Assembly (NCBI GenBank): GCA_963663405.2
Contig: CAXXSM010000036.1
Location: 32,001 to 96,000 of the forward strand
Length of the DNA: 64,000 nucleotides
Direction of reading: 5' to 3'
Origin: a bacterium
Lineage (GTDB): Bacteria > Hinthialibacterota > Hinthialibacteria > Hinthialibacterales > Hinthialibacteraceae
Shown piece after piece: positions 56,973-64,000 of the stretch (position 1 is its first letter; each line of letters starts with the position of its first letter). The notes beneath the pieces were generated by a model. It did not search any database, was not told the origin of the DNA, and saw only the letters and a program-made list of their open reading frames with translations. A program made the position numbers and the translations under genes.

Positions 56973-57076
56973 TTTGTCAGAATCGGGATGGACTGGATTT
57001 TTAGGATAAACAGGATAAGGTATTAAATAGCCATCCTGAATATCCTGCCCATCTTGTATATCCAGATTCAGACAAA
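56973..57076. repeat. 9-nt-periodic hairpin repeat, subfamily A, second tandem copy
   Basis: 104-bp near-identical direct copy of 56767-56870, offset by 206 bp. Confidence 0.9.
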
Positions 57077-57189
57077 TATTTACTGCATTCCGGGTAAAAT
57101 AACACCCTGATCTCACCAAAAAACAATCTGCAGGCCGAAGGCCAAAGAATTAAACCTTCAGCCTTCTACCTTCAACCTAATCCCCTCCC

Positions 57190-57953
57190 TCAAGGCAATT
57201 GAAGTGGAATCATTTTGATATTACGGTAAGCGACGGGGCCGTGGTCTCCCTGCAGCATCAACGGGCCCAGCGGCGCTTCTTCTTTATCCGGCATATGAGC
57301 GCGGGTCGGGCCGGTCAAGATCACGTTTTCATGAACGATCGTACCGTTATGAACGATGATTAAAAACTTGGCGTGTTCAATCAATTTTCCATCTTCGTCA
57401 AACCGGGGCGCGCGGAACACCGCGTCGAAGGTCTGCCATTCGCCGGGGCTTTGCTGGCGTTGATCGCAGGTGGATGGCCGTCATATGTTTCCCCATCTTT
57501 ATATCGCGCGTACACCCCGCCGCAGTCGGAAAAGTCGACCTTATCTTTCCCCCAGCTGTCGAAGACCTGAATTTCATACAAGCCTTGAAAATAAACTCCC
57601 GAATTCGATCCCAACGGCACGCAGAATTCAATGTGAAGATAGCAATCCCCATGCTGAAACTTACTCAACAGGTTACTCGTCGGTTTCCCATCGGTTCCAT
57701 TCACCATGATTCCTTGCCCCGGCTTCACATCAAACAATTTTTCGTTCTTCTCATTGATTGAAACGGAGCCGGCCGTGACCCAGGCGTGATTCGCGTGAAG
57801 CCCTACCCATTCCGAAAAATCGTTTCCATTAAATAAAGTAATGACTTCGCCCTTCGTCTCAGACGCGGCGGCGATTCCTGGAAGGCAAACCATCATCAGC
57901 GCCCCCATCAACACCCAAGCGGCGCCCTTTAATATTTTGATGTTCGTATTCAT
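57190..57953 (-). CDS. DUF1080 / 3-keto-disaccharide hydrolase, one frameshift near 57445
   Basis: GGAGGAG RBS before ATG at 57953; LFNGND, NSGVYF..YEIQV; the second frame gives FRAPRFD...LQGDHGPVAYRNI. Confidence 0.85.
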
Positions 57954-58082
57954 GTACTGTCTCCTCCATCCAGATAGAATGAATAAAGCGCCTATAGTAT
58001 GACGCGCATTCGCGCGAGACGACAGGTTTATCCAACAGGGTATTAAGAATACGTCAAATAGGAACAACACAGGAGATTCATA

Positions 58083-58408
58083 ATGAAGCCGTATTTAACA
58101 ATAACAAAACTAGAAGATTGCCTCGCGGAAAGTCATAAGCAGCCGGTGATGATTTTAAAACACAGTAAAACCTGCCCTATTTCATCCATGCGAAAGCCCA
58201 GGTTGACCGCTATCTGAAAGAAGGAACCGCGCCTGTCTACTTAGTGGTGGTTCAAAAAGAACATCCTCTCTCACAAGAGATTGCGGACCAGTTAAAGATC
58301 AAACACGAAAGCCCCCAGCTGATCATCCTTAGAGACGGCGCGGTTCACACTTTTTTCAACCATTACCAAATTGAAGAAGAGACTATCCGCCGCGAATTAG
58401 CAAAATAA
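58083..58408 (+). CDS. YtxJ/DUF2847 thioredoxin-like protein, one frameshift near 58190 (absent from the ORF track)
   Basis: AGGAG RBS; ILKHSKTCPISS, then in the shifted frame YLVVVQKEHPLSQEIADQLKIKHESPQLII...RELAK*. Confidence 0.8.
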
Positions 58409-58444
58409 AAACGCGGTCCAGAGGACAATCCCTGGACCGCGTTT
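58409..58444. terminator. Bidirectional terminator
   Basis: AAACGCGGTCCAG / CTGGACCGCGTTT between convergent genes. Confidence 0.75.
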
Positions 58445-58469
58445 CCAACTAGTTTATTACAAACAGATG

Positions 58470-61400
58470 CTACTCCTCATAGAAATGCAAGAACACCGGA
58501 TTCTCATTTGTAACGTCAATCTCACCATACAATGAATGCGTAATCGTAGCGGGAAGATTGTAGACCGTATCCCCCGCCGTTCCAATCACTCTACGGCTTC
58601 AATCGGCTCTTCTGTAATTTGTACCCACCGCGTATTGTTCGCGCGGGGAGGATCGCCGATGATGAATTTATACAAATGCGCTTTACCGGGATTTTCTTGT
58701 TGACGGTGAATTGCGCCGTTTCCGGGGACGCGGTGTAGAAATAAGACACATTGTTCTTGTACCGCCATATCGCGCCCCATTTATCCCCATCGGCTGTGGT
58801 CCATCCGCAGGTCATCGTATTGTCTTTCTCCGGATCATCATCCTCCCGCCGATCACTCTGCGCGGGAATCCAGACTTGATACTCCTCATTAAGGCCTAAA
58901 TTCCATCTTCCGGCGCTCCGGAGGAATGGAGCGCCTGACCGATGGTCCGAATCACCCGGTCCGAGCCGGATTCAGCCGTTCTGAACCATCCTGTATCATA
59001 GGAGGTGTCTCCATTGTAATGGTGAACCCAATAGAGGCAGTAATCCCAATGACTCCCCGATTCAGACTGCATCGTCGCATCCATCAAAATCGTACGCAGG
59101 TAATAAATGCCCTGTGTGCGTTCGTTGGCGTCCGCGCATCCATATACACTGTTTGGATTGGGCTAAGCCCATATTCAGAGACAGCGTAGCGGGGATAGTA
59201 ATCATAGAAATGACAGATGGTATCCAGCGTATCAAGGCGTTCGATCCATTCCTTGGTTCCTTCCCCTTCATGCAGATATTCAGGGGGCGCGATACCAGGA
59301 TAACCATTGATGGCGATAATCTCAGGCAATAATTCGGTTGATCCATCCGCTGTTTCTATAATTTTCTGGATAAATCCATTGAGAAACGCCAGCCCGGTCC
59401 GGCCGTTGTCCTCTTTCCAAGGACTCGACACACCTTCCGTGATAAAATCAAGGATCGGTGACTTTCGATGCTGCCACTCAAGATAGGCAGGTTCGGCCAC
59501 CGTGTTTTGATCCGCTCACGCGCGGCGAGATAATAATCCGCGAAGATCTGACCCGCATAGAAACAATTGCCATCCAGATATCCCCATTTTTCCTCTTCTT
59601 CATTGCCCAGCTGCACGCCGATTAACGTCGAACCAATCGCGCCGGGCACAGCCAGTTCGATTAATTCCAAACGGTATTCCACCCAATCCGCGTAGCCTTC
59701 AGGATCGCAGGTATACCGCCGCTCGAATTCATCCGTATTCTGATCGTATGCGATTAAATCCAAGTTCCACCAGCAGTCACTGCATGTCAATGGATGAAGG
59801 TCGCAGTCGATCCCATAATGGAGATTCCCACAACCGAACAGCATAATCATTTTCATCCCACGTTCCTGCGCTTTTAGAACCATATCAATATTGTCCCGGA
59901 ACGTTTCTTGCGCAAAGTAACGGATGATTGTTTGATTGTCATCGTTCATCTCATCGATATCATCTTCCGTAGGCTCATAACTCGCGTAACTCTGAATACT
60001 CGCGCCGAATTGAGGGACCGATAGAGCGGGGATTGGCGTCTCAGTGGATTCAGGAACAGGTTTATCATATTCGGGATCTACCATGACAAGACGGAGTGAT
60101 ATCGATGTGGAACTGATAAACGGCTGCATTTTACCGCGGGCGGCCGAACGGCAACCTACTGGATCGCCATTCCAGAATCCGCCGCGTATCACACGCGAAT
60201 CCCCCGAAACAGGCCCGTCAGGATCGGTCTTCGAACCGGTTTCATACGGTCCATACCAATCATGGCACCATTCGTAACAACCGCCGCTCATATCATAGAT
60301 TCCCCAATTGTTCGGTTTCTCTCCCCAACGGGCCGTGTCCGGCCATAGGAGTTGTACCAGTTCCAGGCGTACGCGTCGATCTGTTCGTATGTGGGATCGT
60401 TCCCCCAATAGTACCGTGTCGCCGTTCCTGCGCGGCAGGCGTGCTCCCATTCCGCTTCCCTCGGCAACCGGAACTCGCCCAATCCCATATCGTTCAAGTT
60501 CTGAATAAATTCCAGACAGTCATACCAATTCACCGATTCTACGGGAAGGTTTTCATCTCCCCCGAAAAATGAAGGATTCTTCCCCATCACCGCTTCCCAC
60601 TGCGCTTGGGTGATGAGATATTTACTAATATAAAATCCTTTGGTGAGAATCACTTGATGCTGAGGCCCTTCTTCCTCAAGCCGCTCTTGTTCATTGTCCG
60701 GACTGCCCATCAGATACGCCCCTGCCGGGACATAGACCATTTCTAAAGGTTTTACATCTTCAGAAAGATTGGGGATCTCAATCACAATCGTCTCTCCCCC
60801 TTGCTTGGGAAGAGTCGGCGTTGGACTGACATACGGCGTATCCGTCGGCGTCAACGTCGGAGTCGAGGTAGGGAGCGGTGGAGATGTATGTGTTGGAATC
60901 GGCGTTGGTGTAGTAATCCCATAGTTTTCCGGAACACTCAGGCGCGCCGGATCGAGTTCATCATTATTTAAGAAATCCGCGTGATAGAATCTCTCAATAT
61001 CAAAGAGATAAACATCGAAATTATCCAAATATACTGTAAGCGGATCGTCCTCACTCGTGTTGACGATTTGAATCAATGGTTGGAAACCAGTGGAGGGAGG
61101 CACAAAGAATGTCGAAAGCCTCTTATATTGATTCACGTAATACGATCCATCGCTCGCGGCGTGAGTAGAAATAAACACCGGTGAATCCTGCCCGACAGTG
61201 GCGATCGTAATCGATGAGTGCGCCGCGTCCGATCGAACCGAACAGCGGATCATGGCCGCATTTTCCGTTTCAATCATCGGCCCGAAAATCATCAATCCTT
61301 CCCCGGATCGGCGGTAATAATCGCGCCAACGCCATCCGTGGCGTCTTCAAACGCTTGGTCCATTGGAATAGCGCCGTATTCGATTTCCGCTCGCGGATAT

Positions 61401-61990
61401 GTGTCAAATCCAGCCCCCATCACGGTGAATTCATCGCCATCGGAAAAATCGAAACGGTCCGGTTTCGTTGGAGGCTCTGTAGGAGTGGGGGTGGGCAACG
61501 CTTCATCGAAATAAACAATATCATCGGAGGTGATTTTATCCACCATCGAATCCCCGCTGGTTTCATCCTTCCAAATACCATAAATAGTAAATTGATAGGC
61601 GCGGCCAAACTGAGGGCCGTCATCAAACGCGGGATTCATATGATAGATGTTGGAATCCGCGTCCTCTTTCCATTCAAAAAAGTCCTCACTCGTTTCCCGC
61701 CAGCCAATAAACGCGTCATCATTACTTCTGTCAATACGCGCATAGAGGTGATACTGAGTGTAATCATCCCGCTCAAGATGAAAGCGGATCACCAAAATTC
61801 GCTCGCTGGGATCATCCCAATCGGTGATATTCAATAAATCTTCCGTCGAATCAAGATCGTCCGTCACGATCAGCTGGTTAAGAGGAACATCAACAGATCC
61901 GTCATATCGGTTCATCGCGGACATGGCGTTCAACGCAAATAAAAAAAGAACAAGCAGCTGAATCGCTTTAACACAAACACGCGGAATCAT
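58470..61990 (-). CDS. Large secreted protein (PT linkers, FGE-sulfatase domain, possible TIM-barrel glycosidase domain) split by several frameshifts
   Basis: ORFs 61292-61990, 60288-61295, 59356-60450 and smaller pieces abut in different frames. The FGE motifs RLPREAEWEHACRAG and YDMSGGCYEWC lie in two frames; QLGNEEE follows. Confidence 0.7.
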
Positions 61991-62392
61991 GATTTTGGTC
62001 TCCTGTTAAAAAAATAATTGATTGAACGATAGAACGGCAAAAGCCGGAAAATAGATTATATCCCCCAAGATACGATCATTCATAGAGGCGCCGCATAGAG
62101 ACTATACGGATATATCGTCATATGAGAATGATTATAACGCCACGCATTCTATCTTGAACAACGATATAACACGCCCGGCGTTTTGTCCGCTTTTTTTGTT
62201 TTGAATTCATTTTTCAGAATGCTTTCTAGTAAGATCAAACAGACAGCAGGGAAATTTAACTTGGGAGAATATTCGGGAATGATCACCAATCATGAAATAT
62301 TCTATAGATAGATCCTCTATTAGATATAAACAGAATGATCTCAATACATATGACCCATTCCAATAACTCTCACCGAAAAAAGGGGTGGTATT

Positions 62393-63926
62393 GTGACTCG
62401 TTATTTCTCATCGTCATTGTTGTCTCTTTTCACTATTGGATCAGCGCTTTTATCTCTTCCTATCTCAGTTCATAGTGACTTTCCTATGGCCACACCGGAA
62501 AGCCAGGGGCTTTCCAGTGAGTCGTTGAATGAATTGGGGGATGTCGTTCAGTTCTATTTTGATAACGAAATGATTGTAGGGGCGGAACTACTCGTTATCA
62601 AAAACCGCTGTACTGTTTTCCACCAAGCCTACGGTTGGATGGACCGGAAAAAAGGAAATCGATGGCGCTGAATTCCATATTCAATGTCCGTTCGATGACC
62701 AAGCCATTCACCGGCGCGGCGGCGCAAATGTTAATCGATGAAGGAAAACTCCAACTCGATGATCCCGTGGCGAACTACCTGCCTGGATTCGACAATGACA
62801 AATCAAGAGCCATCACCATCGAGCAGTTATTAACACACCGGGGCGGATTGCCGCTAAGCCTGCTCATGGATTTAAATTTTGATTATAAAAACTTATTTGA
62901 ACTGGGAGACGCGGCGGGTATTAATGGTCCGATCTATCCTCCGGTAGCAAATTCTGGTATAGTGACGCCGGCTCAGAATCATTAGGCGCTGTGGTCGAAT
63001 CGTATCGGGACAACCGTTAGACGAATTCATCACAGAGCGATTACTCATTCCATTAAGTATGAACGATTCGTTTTCCTTCAATCTCGAAAGTTCGAACGAT
63101 CCATTATGGGATCGGGTATGTAGCCTCTATGTTGGATTTACCGGAGATTGGACAAAATATTGGGAACCAGCTGAACAGTCGTTCTATCCATTCGTTTTCG
63201 GTTCACAAAGCCTTTACAGCACGCCTATGGATTACGCTCATTTCCTGGCGATGTGGATGGATGGTGGATTGACAAGCGTCTGGCGAACGGATTCTATCCA
63301 CCGAAGCGATCGGGCGCACTCTGGCGCCAGTGTCCGAATTGACATCCCTCGGTTCCGATATCCGTTCGCCTTGTGGCTTTGAGGGATTATGGGGATTTTA
63401 CGGGCAAATGTCGGTTCTTTACGTTCCTTCAGAACATCTCAGCGGCGCAAAAGCGGAAGTAATCGGCCATAGTGGATCGGATGGAACCATCGCCATGGCT
63501 TGGCCGGAACTCGATTTAATCATCTGTTATTTCACCCAATCACGCAATGGACTGACCGCGATCAAAATCCAGCGGGATATTGACCGTTTGCTGATCAATC
63601 CAGGAAAGACGCCAATCATACCGGAAGAATATAAGCCTTACGTAGGTATATACCAAGCCAATTCCGGCGCCTACAGGGGGATGGAATTTACCGTCTTTAT
63701 GTTCAACGGCAACTTGACAGTGGATATACCCAATATTTTATTCTTTGAGTTGCAAGAGCCAACAAGCGCAGGCTTTTGGAAATTTACGATGGATCCCAGC
63801 GCATTCATCACTTTTGAAGAAGACGCAGATGGAATCGTAACCGGCATGCGATTTCACGAACCCGGCGCGACGCACTATTTGACTAAAATCCAAACCACTC
63901 CGGTATATGGCTGGTACCTATATTGA
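62393..63926 (+). CDS. Serine hydrolase (class C beta-lactamase-like) with C-terminal PVYGWYLY tail, split by about three frameshifts
   Basis: ATPESQGLS, SMTK, LLTHRGG, GHSGSDG occur in successive frames. Confidence 0.8.
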
Positions 63927-64000
63927 ATTTCGATATTCTATAATTGAAAGAAGAAACTTATTCTAATAACCGGAAAGCAATTCAGCGGGAACACTTCCCG

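Noticed and set aside
56767-57076. CRISPR array
   Set aside because: There are only two units, the repeats (104 bp) and spacer (102 bp) are far too long, and there are no cas genes.

Overview
Bacterial chromosomal window of moderate GC, dominated by secreted proteins. The gene style suggests a Sumerlaeota/Hinthialibacterota-like lineage, but this is inference only. Main contents: (1) 1-11.2 kb, an operon with hydrazine-synthase-like architecture: Rid protein, HzsA-like diheme propeller, CRTAC1/FG-GAP protein, a 10-heme c554x2-propeller-peroxidase fusion, a propeller protein and two orphan solute-binding proteins. (2) Housekeeping genes (macrodomain, alr, engB, murB with an apparent AUU start, rhomboid, TlpA) and a HigBA-type TA pair. 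(3) Five secreted proteins share a short C-terminal [VI]xx[WF]x[LM][YFM] tail, a candidate sorting signal; one is co-operonic with a pilin-like gene. (4) An FHA/PP2C/Ser-Thr kinase-FGE signalling operon. (5) A decayed region with two inverted ISKra4-like remnants around GH32 and PL2-like genes and a DnaA-box cluster. (6) A c-di-GMP-I riboswitch sits upstream of a fibre-like adhesin whose C-terminal CLec/FGE domain carries a diversity-generating-retroelement variable-region signature; no RT or TR is seen in the window, and the unit is bracketed by 9-nt-periodic hairpin repeats. (7) The last 7 kb has many single-base frameshifts, probably assembly errors. No rRNA, tRNA or CRISPR array was recognised.
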